Below are positions 32,602 through 42,328 of a stretch of DNA of 64,000 nt, one piece after another. The first letter of the stretch is position 1, and the number at the start of each line of letters is the position of its first letter. The notes beneath the pieces are model-generated. The model made no database searches and was not told the origin of the DNA. It saw nothing but the letters and a program-made list of their open reading frames with translations. Made by a program: the position numbers and the translations under genes. The stretch is from an uncultured Actinomycetota bacterium (GTDB lineage Bacteria > Actinomycetota > Actinomycetes > Actinomycetales > CAVURS01): the NCBI GenBank assembly GCA_963795385.1, contig CAWCHK010000009.1, forward strand, positions 17,632 through 81,631. The letters run 5' to 3'.

Positions 32602-34289
32602 TTGCCGCCGGGGCTCGTCGTGGCCTGCTGCGCGGCCCGCAGGTCGGCCAGCGCCTTGGCCCGGTCGACGTCACTCTGCTCGGGCTTGCCCTTGGCCTTC
32701 GACGGTGCGGGCTCAGTGGCGGCCGCGTCGTCGGCGTCATCAGCCGCCTGCGCGGTCTCGCCGGCCTCGTCCGGCACCGGCTCGGTCCCGTCGGCCGCCT
32801 CGACCGGGAGGTCGGCGTCGGCGCCCTCAGCGGTCTCCGAGCCACGGGCATCGCGGGCATCGCCGGCATCGCCGTCGTCGGCGCTGCTCTTGGGCGCTGC
32901 GAAGAGCGAGGAGACGCTGACGTCGGCGTCCTCGCCGGACGCCTCGGCGGCTCCCGGGCGGCCGGCCGCCCCCGCCTTGGCCGGCCTGTCCGAGGCGGGC
33001 TGGGTGAAGAACGCGGAGGGGTCCAGCTTGTCGTCCGGCGAGGGCTTGGCCGCGGGCTTGCTGCTGGCCGGCATCGCGATCGACGGGCTGCTGCCGCGGG
33101 CCGGGGTGGTCTCCGCGGGCTGGGCCACGGCGTTGGCCAGGGCCTCCAGGCCCGGGACCGGCATCGAGCCGAGCAGGCCGCGCAGCTGGTCCAGGTGGGA
33201 GGTGACCGAGTCGCGCTGGCGCTGCAGGTCCTCGACCTGGCGCTGGGCGGCACCGCGCTGGCGCTCGGCCTCGGCCCGGGCGTCCTGCAGGATCCGGTCG
33301 GCCTGGGCCTTGGCGTCCGCGACCGTCTGGTCGGCGTTGCGCCGCGCGGTGGCGAGCTGGTTGCGCGAGTGCTCCTCGGCCTCGGCCCGGATCGCCTCGG
33401 CCTTCTCCAGCGCCCGGGTCGCGCGGCTCTCGGCCGAGGAGGCCCGCTCCTCGGCCGACTTGGTCAGCTCCTGCAGCTTCGCGACGGCGGCGTCGTGCCG
33501 CTCGGCGTCCAGCCGCTCGGCCTCCTCGCGCTGGCTGGCGAGCAGGACCTCGTGATCGGAGGCGTCCTGCTGGGCCTTGGCCTGGGCGGCCTCGAGTACC
33601 GCGGCGGCGGCCGCCGTGTGCTCGTCGGCCTCCTTCTTCGCGCTGGAGCGGAAGTCGTCGGCCTCGCGCTTGGCCTTGGCCCGCAGCTCGGTGATCTCGC
33701 GCTCGGCGGTCGCCCGCAGCCGGCCGACCTCGCGCTCGAGGCTGAGCCGCTTCTCGGTCGCCTCGGTCTCGACGGCGGAGCGGAGCTTCTCGGCCTGGCG
33801 CTGGGCCGAGCCGAGCTCCTCCTCGGCCTTGCGGCTCGCGGTGGAGCGGACGTCCTCGGCCTCCTCGTTGGCCGAGTCCAGCCGCTCGCGGGCCTGCCGG
33901 GTCGAGGTGGCGTTGAGCTCGTTCGCGGCCGCCTCGGCGCTGGCGCGCAGGTCGTGCGCCTCGGTCCGGGCCGCGGCCAGGGTCTGGTCGGCGTCGTTCT
34001 GCGCGGCGGCGACCATCTCGATGGCCTGCTCCTCGGCCAGCCGGAGCAGCTGCTCGATCCGGGCGCCCAGCCCGGCGTACGACGGCCGGTCGACCTCCCG
34101 CAGCTGGCGCTGGGCGTCGGCCAGGTCCTGGGTGAGCTTGAGGTTGCGGCCGTCCAGCTGCTCGACGGCACCGCGGGCCTTGCTCAGGGCGTTCTGCAGC
34201 TGGCCGATCTGCTCGTCGACCTGCTCGCGGTCGTAGCCGCGCATGGCGACGGTGAAGGGCTTGGGCGTGATCGAGAACTGCTCGGTCAT
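32598..34289 (-). CDS. DivIVA-domain coiled-coil cytoskeletal protein (FilP/Scy-like)
   Basis: FTVAMRGYDREQVD, PSYAGLGARIEQLLRLAEEQA, long Ala/Glu coiled coil and acidic tail; sits next to the mce locus. Confidence 0.8.
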   Translation of the reverse strand: MTEQFSITPKPFTVAMRGYDREQVDEQIGQLQNALSKARGAVEQLDGRNLKLTQDLADAQRQLREVDRPSYAGLGARIEQLLRLAEEQAIEMVAAAQNDADQTLAAARTEAHDLRASAEAAANELNATSTRQARERLDSANEEAEDVRSTASRKAEEELGSAQRQAEKLRSAVETEATEKRLSLEREVGRLRATAEREITELRAKAKREADDFRSSAKKEADEHTAAAAAVLEAAQAKAQQDASDHEVLLASQREEAERLDAERHDAAVAKLQELTKSAEERASSAESRATRALEKAEAIRAEAEEHSRNQLATARRNADQTVADAKAQADRILQDARAEAERQRGAAQRQVEDLQRQRDSVTSHLDQLRGLLGSMPVPGLEALANAVAQPAETTPARGSSPSIAMPASSKPAAKPSPDDKLDPSAFFTQPASDRPAKAGAAGRPGAAEASGEDADVSVSSLFAAPKSSADDGDAGDARDARGSETAEGADADLPVEAADGTEPVPDEAGETAQAADDADDAAATEPAPSKAKGKPEQSDVDRAKALADLRAAQQATTSPGGN

Positions 34290-34439
34290 AACTCGTTCCT
34301 CCGTGGCGCAGGTGACGTGCGCGACGTCTCGCTAGGGGTTCTGCTGGGGCAGGCCGTGCTGGGGGCGGATTGGAGGCAACCCTACCCCCGTCCGGAGCAC
34401 CCCTGTCGCGGTTCGCAGCACACTCACGACACAGGGTGA

Positions 34440-35795
34440 TCAGACGTCACGAAAGCGGTCGATCGCGACCCGGTGGCGCTCGCGGAGCTCGAGGTTGCGC
34501 ACTCCCAGGCCCTCCTCGGGCGACAGGCACAGGACGCCGACCTTGCCCTGGTGCCGGTTGTTGTGGACCTCGGCCGCGGCCTGGCCGGTCTGCTCCAGCG
34601 GGTAGGCCCGCGACAGGGTCGGGTGGATCAGGCCCCGGGCGATCAGGTCGTTCGCCGCCCAGGCCTCGCGGTAGTTCGCGAAGTGCGAGCCGACGATCCG
34701 CTTGAGGTTCATCCACAGGTACCGGTTGTCGTACTCGTGGATGAAGCCCGAGGTCGAGGCGCAGGTGACGATCGTGCCGCCGCGCCGCGCGACGTACACG
34801 CTGGCCCCGAAGGTCTCCCGGCCCGGGTGCTCGAACACGATGTCGACGTCCCGACCCCTGGTCAGCTCGCGGATCTTCGCCCCGAACCGCTTCCACTCGC
34901 TCTGGTCCTGCTCGCCCTGGGCGCCGGGCTCGGACCAGAACCGGTAGCCCTCGGCGGACCGGTCGATCACCAGCTCCGCGCCCATCTGGTGGCAGAGCTC
35001 GGCCTTGTCCGGGCTGGAGACGATGCAGACCGGCTGCGCCCCGGCGGCCAGCGCCATCTGCGTCGCGTAGGAACCGAGGCCGCCGCTCGCGCCCCAGATG
35101 AGCACCGTGTCGCCCAGCTTGACCGCGGCGCCGTGGTGGGAGACCAGCTGGCGGTACGCCGTGGAGTTGACCAGGCCGGGGACGGCGGCCTCCTCCCAGG
35201 TCAGGTGGCCGGGCTTGGGCATCAGCTGGTTGGCCTTGACCAGGGCCAGCTCGGCCAGGCCGCCGAAGTTGGTCTCGAAGCCCCAGATCCGCTGCTGGGG
35301 GTCGAGCATCGTGTCGTCGTGCCCGTCCGGGTGCTCCAGCTCGACCGACAGGCAGTGCGCGACGACCTCGTCGCCGGGCCTCCACGCGTGCACCCCCGGC
35401 CCGGTGCGCAGGACGACGCCGGACAGGTCCGACCCCACGACGTGGTAGGGCTGGTCGTGCTTGGCAGCGAGCGGCGACGAGCGGCCGTACTTGCGCAGGA
35501 AGCCGAAGGTCGACAGCGGCTCGAAGATCGAGGTCCACACGGTGTTGTAGTTGATCGCGCTGGCCATGACGGCGACCAGCGCCTCGCCCGGCCCGACCTC
35601 GGGCACCGGGACGTCGTCGACGTGCAGGCTGCGCCGGGGGTCCTTGTCCTTGCTGGCCAGGCCTTCGAACATCCCGGCCTCGTCCTCGTGCACCGTGACG
35701 CCCCGGTACGACGCGGGGAGGGCCAGCGCGGCGTACTCGGCGGGGGTCGTGTCACCGGCCAGGACCGCAGCCCGGACCAGCTCCATCTCACCCAC
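34440..35795 (-). CDS. ccrA: Crotonyl-CoA carboxylase/reductase
   Basis: MASAINYNTVW, GSDLSGVV, WGFETNFGGLAE, GASGGLG, FEHPG, GSHFAN. Alternative ATG at 35786. Confidence 0.94.
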   Translation of the reverse strand: MGEMELVRAAVLAGDTTPAEYAALALPASYRGVTVHEDEAGMFEGLASKDKDPRRSLHVDDVPVPEVGPGEALVAVMASAINYNTVWTSIFEPLSTFGFLRKYGRSSPLAAKHDQPYHVVGSDLSGVVLRTGPGVHAWRPGDEVVAHCLSVELEHPDGHDDTMLDPQQRIWGFETNFGGLAELALVKANQLMPKPGHLTWEEAAVPGLVNSTAYRQLVSHHGAAVKLGDTVLIWGASGGLGSYATQMALAAGAQPVCIVSSPDKAELCHQMGAELVIDRSAEGYRFWSEPGAQGEQDQSEWKRFGAKIRELTRGRDVDIVFEHPGRETFGASVYVARRGGTIVTCASTSGFIHEYDNRYLWMNLKRIVGSHFANYREAWAANDLIARGLIHPTLSRAYPLEQTGQAAAEVHNNRHQGKVGVLCLSPEEGLGVRNLELRERHRVAIDRFRDV

Positions 35796-36258
35796 GGGCG
35801 TGTGCTCCCGCGTCGGCCGAGGTGCCGGTGGCGGCCGGCTGGACCAGCTCGATCAGGACGCCGCCCGCGTCCTTCGGGTGGACGAAGTTGACCCGGCTCC
35901 CCGCGGTGCCCGGCCGCGGCTCGTCGTAGAGCAGCCGCAGGCCCCGGTCCCGCAGCGCCTGGCTGGTCGCGGCCACGTCCTCGACCCGGTAGGCGACCTG
36001 CTGGAGGCCCGGCCCGCTGCGGTCCAGGAACCGCGCGATGGTGGACTCCGGCGTGAGCGGCGCGAGCAGCTGGACGCACGACCCGGTGTCGCCGACGGCC
36101 ATCATCGCCTCCCGGACGCCCTGCTCCTCGTTGGTCTCCTCGTGCACCAGGGCCAGACCCAGCACGTCGCGGTAGAACGCGATCGCCTCGTCCAGGTCCG
36201 GCACGGCCACGCCGACGTGGTCGATCGCGGTGAAGATCACAGCGGGAGCCTTCGACAT
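35788..36258 (-). CDS. mce: Methylmalonyl/ethylmalonyl-CoA epimerase
   Basis: IDHVGVAV, EEQGVREAM, GPGLQQVAYRV, FVHPKDAGGVLIELV. Confidence 0.93.
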   Translation of the reverse strand: MSKAPAVIFTAIDHVGVAVPDLDEAIAFYRDVLGLALVHEETNEEQGVREAMMAVGDTGSCVQLLAPLTPESTIARFLDRSGPGLQQVAYRVEDVAATSQALRDRGLRLLYDEPRPGTAGSRVNFVHPKDAGGVLIELVQPAATGTSADAGAHARG

Positions 36259-36370
36259 GCCGCGAAGCGTAGGCTCGGAATGACCGGCCGTCGCCGGGAC
36301 TTGTCCTACTTCACATCCCCGGATCGCGGCCACGAGCGTCAGCCGATCCCCTGATCGAGAGGTCCAGACC

Positions 36371-37570
36371 GTGAGTGACCAGCCCCGCTCCGTCATCGTC
36401 GCCGGAGCCCGTACGCCGATGGGCCGGCTGCTCGGCTCGCTCAAGGACTTCAGCGGTGCCGACCTCGGCGGCGTGGCCATCAAGGCCGCGCTGGAGCGTG
36501 CGGGCGTCGCCCCCGAGCAGGTGGACTACGTGATCATGGGACAGGTCCTGACCGCTGGTGCCGGCCAGATCCCGGCCCGGCAGGCGGCGGTCAACGCGGG
36601 CATCCCGATGTCCGTCCCGGCGCTCACGATCAACAAGGTGTGCCTGTCCGGCCTGGACGCGATCGCGCTCGCCGACCAGCTGATCCGGGCCGGCGAGTTC
36701 GAGATCGTCGTCGCCGGCGGCCAGGAGTCGATGAGCCAGGCCCCGCACCTGCTCGAGCGCTCCCGCGAGGGCTTCAAGTACGGCGACGTGACGATGCGCG
36801 ACCACATGGCCCACGACGGCCTGTGGGACGCGTTCACCGACCAGGCGATGGGCGGCCTCACCGAGGCGGCCAACGACGGGGACGGCGCGTTCAGCCGCGC
36901 GGAGCAGGACGCGTTCTCGGCCCGCTCGCACCAGCTGGCGGCCCGGGCCTGGAAGGACGGCCTGTTCGACCAGGAGGTCGCTGCCGTGCAGATCCCGCAG
37001 CGCAAGGGCGACCCGGTCGAATTCCGCGAGGACGAGGGCATCCGCGCCGACACGACGGTCGAGACCCTGGCCCGGCTGCGCCCCGCGTTCCGTAAGGACG
37101 GCACCATCACCGCCGGTTCGGCGTCGCAGATCTCCGACGGTGCCGCGGCGGTCGTCGTGATGAGCCGGGCCAAGGCCGAGGAGCTCGGGCTCGCGTGGCT
37201 GGCCGAGATCGGAGCTCACGGAGTGGTCGCCGGGCCGGACTCCACCCTGCAGTCGCAACCGGCCGCCGCCATCCGCGCAGCGTGCGCCAAGGAGGGCCTC
37301 GAGCCGACCTCCCTCGACCTGGTCGAGATCAACGAAGCCTTTGCGGCAGTGGGCCTTTCGTCGACCCGTGAGCTCGGTCTCGATCCCGAGCGCGTCAACG
37401 TCAACGGTGGTGCCATCGCCCTGGGCCACCCGATCGGGATGTCAGGCGCGCGGCTGGCCCTGCACCTGGCGCTCGAGCTGCAGCGCCGTGGTGGCGGTGT
37501 GGGTGCGGCGGCGCTCTGCGGTGGCGGTGGCCAGGGCGACGCCCTGCTGCTCCACGTGCCGTCGGCCTGA
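36371..37570 (+). CDS. Acetyl-CoA C-acetyltransferase (thiolase)
   Basis: [28 protein letters not shown]. Confidence 0.93.
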   Translation: MSDQPRSVIVAGARTPMGRLLGSLKDFSGADLGGVAIKAALERAGVAPEQVDYVIMGQVLTAGAGQIPARQAAVNAGIPMSVPALTINKVCLSGLDAIALADQLIRAGEFEIVVAGGQESMSQAPHLLERSREGFKYGDVTMRDHMAHDGLWDAFTDQAMGGLTEAANDGDGAFSRAEQDAFSARSHQLAARAWKDGLFDQEVAAVQIPQRKGDPVEFREDEGIRADTTVETLARLRPAFRKDGTITAGSASQISDGAAAVVVMSRAKAEELGLAWLAEIGAHGVVAGPDSTLQSQPAAAIRAACAKEGLEPTSLDLVEINEAFAAVGLSSTRELGLDPERVNVNGGAIALGHPIGMSGARLALHLALELQRRGGGVGAAALCGGGGQGDALLLHVPSA

Positions 37571-37606
37571 CGCCGGCTCACCCGGCGACTGACGGCGACC
37601 GCAGGA

Positions 37607-38575
37607 GTGGCACGCGAGGCCGACCCGGCCCGGCTGGTCGAGCAGGCCCGCGAGGGCAACGGCCGCGCGGTGGCCCGGCTCGTCTCCCTGGTCGAGAGTG
37701 ACAGCCCGCAGCTACGCGAGGTCATGGGGCTGCTGGCGGCGCAACGCGGCTCGGCCCTGTCGATCGGGCTGACCGGCAGCCCGGGCGTGGGCAAGTCCAC
37801 GACGACGGCGGCCCTGGTCGCGGCGTACCGGCGTCGGGGCCTGCGGGTCGGCGTGCTGGCGGTCGACCCCAGCTCGCCGTTCTCCGGAGGCGCACTGCTC
37901 GGTGACCGGGTCCGGATGCAGGACGTCGCGCTGGACCCCGGCGTCTACATCCGCTCGATGGCCACCCGGGGCCACCTCGGCGGACTGTCCCGGGCCACCC
38001 CCCAGGCCCTGCGGGTGCTGGACGCCGCCGGGTGCGACGTCGTGCTGGTCGAGACGGTCGGCGTCGGCCAGTCGGAGGTCGAGGTGGCCGGCCTGGCCGA
38101 CACGACGGTCGTCCTGCTCGCGCCCGGGATGGGCGACGGCATCCAGGCGGCCAAGGCCGGCATCCTCGAGATCGGTGACGTCTTCGCGGTCAACAAGGCC
38201 GACCGCGACGGCGCCGGATCGACCGTCCGCGAGATCCAGCACATGCTGGGGCTGGGCGAGCGTCGCGAGCCGGGCGACTGGCGGCCGACCGTGGTGAAGA
38301 CCGTTGCGATGCGCGGCGAGGGGATCGAGGAGCTGGTCGAGGCGATCGACAAGCACCAGGCCTGGCTGATCGGCACGGGTGAGCTGCGGGCCCGCCGGGT
38401 GAACCGCACGGCCCGCGAGATCGAGGCCATCGCGCTGGATGCGCTGCGGGCCCGGATGGGTGACCCGGGTCTGGCCGACGGAGGTCTCGACGCCCTCGCG
38501 GGCGAGGTGGTCGACGGGTCGCTCGACCCGTACGCCGCGGCCGACCGGCTGGTCCAGGGCGTCCGGACGGCCTGA
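37607..38575 (+). CDS. meaB: Methylmalonyl-CoA mutase-associated GTPase
   Basis: GSPGVGKS, DPSSPFSGGALLGDRVRM, ETVGVGQSE, NKAD. Confidence 0.93.
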   Translation: MAREADPARLVEQAREGNGRAVARLVSLVESDSPQLREVMGLLAAQRGSALSIGLTGSPGVGKSTTTAALVAAYRRRGLRVGVLAVDPSSPFSGGALLGDRVRMQDVALDPGVYIRSMATRGHLGGLSRATPQALRVLDAAGCDVVLVETVGVGQSEVEVAGLADTTVVLLAPGMGDGIQAAKAGILEIGDVFAVNKADRDGAGSTVREIQHMLGLGERREPGDWRPTVVKTVAMRGEGIEELVEAIDKHQAWLIGTGELRARRVNRTAREIEAIALDALRARMGDPGLADGGLDALAGEVVDGSLDPYAAADRLVQGVRTA

Positions 38576-38630
38576 GCCGCTCCGTCGTCGCCGGGCCGGG
38601 CGCGAGCCCGGTCGTTCATCCCCTGGGGGC

Positions 38631-38939
38631 TCATCCGATGTGGCCGCCGGTGGACATGGACAGGTAGAACCCGGCGACGATCAGGACCCAGCCCAGCGCG
38701 GCGGCGGCCAGCAGGTAGGTGACGACGCGGACCGCCACCGGCAGGCGGTGCGTGCTCGGGAGGCACATGGCGAGCAGGACCACCACGGGAGCCACGACGA
38801 ACGTGATCAGGATCGGCCCGAGCGGTGCCGCCGCGAGCAGGGCGGCGCCGACGCCGACGTAGGGCCACGGGTTCGATGCGGGCCTGCGGGGGGTGCCAGG
38901 CGTGCGGGGGGTGCTGGTGGTGGTGACGGGGTGGGACAT
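38631..38939 (-). CDS. Small membrane protein (about 3 TM)
   Basis: RBS AGGAGG before ATG 38939; hydrophobic segments. Confidence 0.6.
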   Translation of the reverse strand: MSHPVTTTSTPRTPGTPRRPASNPWPYVGVGAALLAAAPLGPILITFVVAPVVVLLAMCLPSTHRLPVAVRVVTYLLAAAALGWVLIVAGFYLSMSTGGHIG

Positions 38940-38979
38940 CTCTTCCTCCTGTGGGTGGATCTCGTTGGTGTTCATGGCT

Positions 38980-40140
38980 TCAGCTCCAGGCCCGGACCGT
39001 CGCGTCCAGCCCGGCGGCGAAGACCACCAGGCCGGCCAGGACGACGACGGGGTAGTAGCGCCGCAGCCGCCGGCCGGCCGCTCCGAGCAGAGCCAGCGCG
39101 GCGGTCACGACCAGCATCCGCAGCCCGCGGCCGCGCAGCGTGTCCACGGCGAACGGCACCGGCGCCGCGTGCGCACGACCGGCCTCGGCGGCGTACACCT
39201 TGAGCGGGACACCGGACATCGGCTGGTGGCGCACCGCCCGCGCCCCCTCGGCGGCGACCTCACGCGCGACCTGGGCCCGCATCGGCGCGGTGACCAGAGG
39301 CTGGGGGAACGACCACCCGGCGCCGGCCAGCAGCAGGGCCAGGACAGCGGCAGCGGTGCTGGTGACGAGCGCCGTCAACGCCAGCACGGGAGCCCGCCGC
39401 GGCATCGCCAGGACCAGGACGCCGACCAAGACCTCGGGCACGATCGGCCACGAGAACGCTTCTGCCGCAGCCCATCCCGCGACCGCGACCACTCCGGCGC
39501 GCGAGCTCGCCAGGCGGGCGACGCGGTGCCGGACCACCGAGTCGCGGCCGGGGGATGGCCGCGGCACGAGGGCCTGGACGGCGTCACGGGCCTGCTCGGC
39601 GGTGGGTGCGGTGAGCGGTGTGCCGATCCGGACCCTGACCGCGGAGCGGTGCAGGTCGCCGTGGGCCGGCAGCAGCTCGCGCGTCCCACCGAGGCCGATC
39701 GGGACGACGGGCACGTGGTGGTCGGCCGCCAACCGGAAGGCGCCGCAGTGGAAGTGGCCGACCTCGCCGTCCCGGCTGCGGGTGCCCTCGGGGAAGACGA
39801 CGACCGCCCGGCCCTGGCGAAGCGCGGCCCCCGCGGCAGCGAGATCAGCACTGCCGCCACCACCGCGCCGTACCGGCACGATCTCCACGAGCCCGCGGCA
39901 CACCAGCCGGCGCAGCCGGCCACCGCCGAGCCAGTAGTCAGAGGCCGCGACGACGACCGGGCGGCTGCGGGCGGGCAGGGCCGCCAGCAAGGCCGCGGTG
40001 TCCGCGTGCGAGGCGTGGTTGGCGACCACGACGCAGCCCCCCCGCGCCACGGACCCGTCGACCGTCAGGCCGCCGGTCGTGGACAGGGCCAGCCGCCACG
40101 CCTGCCGGCGCAGCCACGATCTCGTGACACCGCCGCTCAC
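38980..40140 (-). CDS. Lysophospholipid acyltransferase (PlsC-like) fused to a DedA/YqaA-like membrane domain
   Basis: NHASHAD and FPEGTRS; C-terminal AEAFSWPIVPE...PMSGVPLKVY...AG...RGLR. Confidence 0.82.
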   Translation of the reverse strand: MSGGVTRSWLRRQAWRLALSTTGGLTVDGSVARGGCVVVANHASHADTAALLAALPARSRPVVVAASDYWLGGGRLRRLVCRGLVEIVPVRRGGGGSADLAAAGAALRQGRAVVVFPEGTRSRDGEVGHFHCGAFRLAADHHVPVVPIGLGGTRELLPAHGDLHRSAVRVRIGTPLTAPTAEQARDAVQALVPRPSPGRDSVVRHRVARLASSRAGVVAVAGWAAAEAFSWPIVPEVLVGVLVLAMPRRAPVLALTALVTSTAAAVLALLLAGAGWSFPQPLVTAPMRAQVAREVAAEGARAVRHQPMSGVPLKVYAAEAGRAHAAPVPFAVDTLRGRGLRMLVVTAALALLGAAGRRLRRYYPVVVLAGLVVFAAGLDATVRAWS

Positions 40141-41018
40141 CGGAGCACCAGGCCTGCGGGGAGGGCCAGGCCCGCCAGGCCCGCCGGGGCCACCAGGGCG
40201 ACGGCGAGGGCGAAGAGCAGGGAGTCGACCCGGTCCAGCATCCCGCCGAACCCGGGCAGCCAGCGTCCGGCGTCCTTGACCCCCGCCTCGCGCTTGAGCA
40301 TCGACTCGGCCAGGTCACCGAGCGGAGCGGCCAGCGCCACGGCGACGACGAAGCCCGGGGTGGCGGCGCCCAGCAGGAGCAGCACCACGACCCCGCTGAC
40401 CGCGCCGCCCGCCATCCCGCTCACTCGCTTACCGGGTGACAACGGTGACAGGTGCGGGCCGCGCAGGGCCTGCCCGGCGCACCACGCGCCGACGTCCGCG
40501 ACGCTGACCGCGACCACGAGGGCCAGGGCGTGCGGGCCGAGGGACACCAGGCCGGTCAGCGCGCCGATCCAGAGCAGCCCGAACGTGAGGTACGCCGCGC
40601 GGCGGCCTCCCCGCCGGACGTCGCCCTCCAGGACGGCCGGCAGGGAGGCGATCAGGGGCAGGGCCGCGGCGAAGTGGCCGAGGGGGAACAGGTCTCCGGC
40701 CGGGGCGGGCCGGAGCGCGGCGACGACGAGCGAGAGCAGGACGCCGAGACCGAGCACCGCAGCGTCCACGCGCGGCATCCGCACCAGCCGCGCGTACTCG
40801 CGGACGCAGGGGACGGCGAGTCCGGCGGCCAGCAGCAGCCGGCCGTCCGTGCCCGCCGCCGCCGCGGCCCCCAGCAGGACCGCGGCGCAGACCCAGACCA
40901 GCCAGCGCCGGACCAGCTCCCGCCGCCGCGCGACACCGACCGCGATGCCACTGAGGGTGAGGCCACTCGCGACGTACGGCGTGGCCCCACTCGTGGCGTA
41001 GGCCCACGTGGCGTTCAT
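40137..41018 (-). CDS. Phosphatidate cytidylyltransferase (CdsA/YnbB-like)
   Basis: DVGAW, LSPGKRVSG, GDLAESMLKREAGVKDAG, PGFGGMLDRVDS. Confidence 0.88.
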   Translation of the reverse strand: MNATWAYATSGATPYVASGLTLSGIAVGVARRRELVRRWLVWVCAAVLLGAAAAAGTDGRLLLAAGLAVPCVREYARLVRMPRVDAAVLGLGVLLSLVVAALRPAPAGDLFPLGHFAAALPLIASLPAVLEGDVRRGGRRAAYLTFGLLWIGALTGLVSLGPHALALVVAVSVADVGAWCAGQALRGPHLSPLSPGKRVSGMAGGAVSGVVVLLLLGAATPGFVVAVALAAPLGDLAESMLKREAGVKDAGRWLPGFGGMLDRVDSLLFALAVALVAPAGLAGLALPAGLVLR

Positions 41019-41590
41019 CGGGCACCGGCCAGGAGGCGGGCGAGCCGCAGGGCCGCGGTCAGGGCCGAGCCGACGGCCAGGACGGCGAGCAGGGGGACGG
41101 CCCAGCCGGTGAGCGCGACGAGCACGAGGCCGGCGGCGCGCTCGGTCTTGCCGACCGGCCCACCCTGCAGCCGCGGCGCACCGGCGGCGGCACCGGCGAG
41201 CGCGACCCACGACGGCGCGCTCATGGCCAGGGCGGCGACCGCCACCAGCCAGCCCGGCGCCAGCGCGAGGACGCCGGCGAGCGCCGCGAGCTCGGCCAGC
41301 CGGTCACCGAGCTCGTTGGCCACGGCGCCGGCCCGGCTGGTGATGCCGCGGGCTCGGGCGACGCCGCCGTCCAGGTTCGCGGCGGCCAGGCGCACGGCCA
41401 GGGCGGCGCCGACGGCCACGGCCGCCGGCCCGCCGTGCGGGAGCAGCGCCAGCCCGGCGCCGGCTGCGGCGCCGGCTGCGACACCGGTCGCGGAGATGGC
41501 GTTCGGTGACACCCGCCGGGCCACGAGGAGGCCGCGAAGGCCGCCGAGGCGACGCGCGTACCAGGGCTTCAGTGCGTAGAGACCGTCCAT
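41015..41590 (-). CDS. CDP-alcohol phosphatidyltransferase (YnbA-like)
   Basis: LYALKP, SPNAIS, NLDGGVAR...G...NELGDR, GPVGKTER. Confidence 0.85.
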   Translation of the reverse strand: MDGLYALKPWYARRLGGLRGLLVARRVSPNAISATGVAAGAAAGAGLALLPHGGPAAVAVGAALAVRLAAANLDGGVARARGITSRAGAVANELGDRLAELAALAGVLALAPGWLVAVAALAMSAPSWVALAGAAAGAPRLQGGPVGKTERAAGLVLVALTGWAVPLLAVLAVGSALTAALRLARLLAGAR

Positions 41591-41656
41591 GCCTCAACGG
41601 TCGCGAACCTGCGGCCGGCGCGGACCCGCCGAACTGCTCGACCTCGTTGAGTACTC

Positions 41657-42328
41657 CTACTCAGGCGGACGCCCCGGATCCGCGCCGTCCGCATCGAGAC
41701 CGCGCTCGATGGCGTAGCGGGTGAGCTCGACCCGGTTGTGCAGCTGGAGCTTGCGCAGGGTGCCCTGGATGTGGTTCTGGACGGTCCGCGGCGAGAGCAC
41801 CAGGCGCGTCGCGATCTGCTTCGACGACAGGCCGGTGGCGACCAGCCGCAGGACCTCGGTCTCGCGGTCGGTCAGCTTCGGGCCGTCGTCTCGCGGCCCG
41901 GGAGCCGTTGCCATCCGGCGGAACTCGCCGAGCACCAGGCCCGCGAGCCCGGCGGTGAAGACGGCCTCGCCGAGCGCGGTCCGGGCGATCGCGTCGAGCA
42001 GCTCCTCGCGGGACGCCGACTTCACCAGGTAGCCCGTCGCCCCGGCCTTGACCGCCTCGAGCACGTCGGCCTGCTCACCGCTCGCGGACAGGACCAGGAC
42101 GTACGGCGGGTGGTCACCGGCCGCGAGGGCCCGGGTCACCTCGACGCCGGACAGGTCCGGCATCTGCAGGTCGAGGACGACCACCTCCGGCGAGGTCGCG
42201 GCCGCTCGCCGCAGGGCCTCGTGCCCGCCGCCGGCCGTGGCGACGACGTCGTAGCCGGCGCCCTCGAGGTCGCGGGCCACCGCCTCCCGCCACATCGGGT
42301 GGTCGTCGACGACCATGACCCGCGTCAC
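41657..42328 (-). CDS. NarL/LuxR-family response regulator (MacR-like)
   Basis: VVDDHPMWR, VLDLQMP, GYLVK, LTDRETEVL, LHNRVELTRYA. Confidence 0.9.
   Translation of the reverse strand: MTRVMVVDDHPMWREAVARDLEGAGYDVVATAGGGHEALRRAAATSPEVVVLDLQMPDLSGVEVTRALAAGDHPPYVLVLSASGEQADVLEAVKAGATGYLVKSASREELLDAIARTALGEAVFTAGLAGLVLGEFRRMATAPGPRDDGPKLTDRETEVLRLVATGLSSKQIATRLVLSPRTVQNHIQGTLRKLQLHNRVELTRYAIERGLDADGADPGRPPE

Noticed and set aside
34440-35795. Ccr as a marker of a polyketide cluster
   Set aside because: No PKS/NRPS genes nearby; the context is primary acyl-CoA metabolism.
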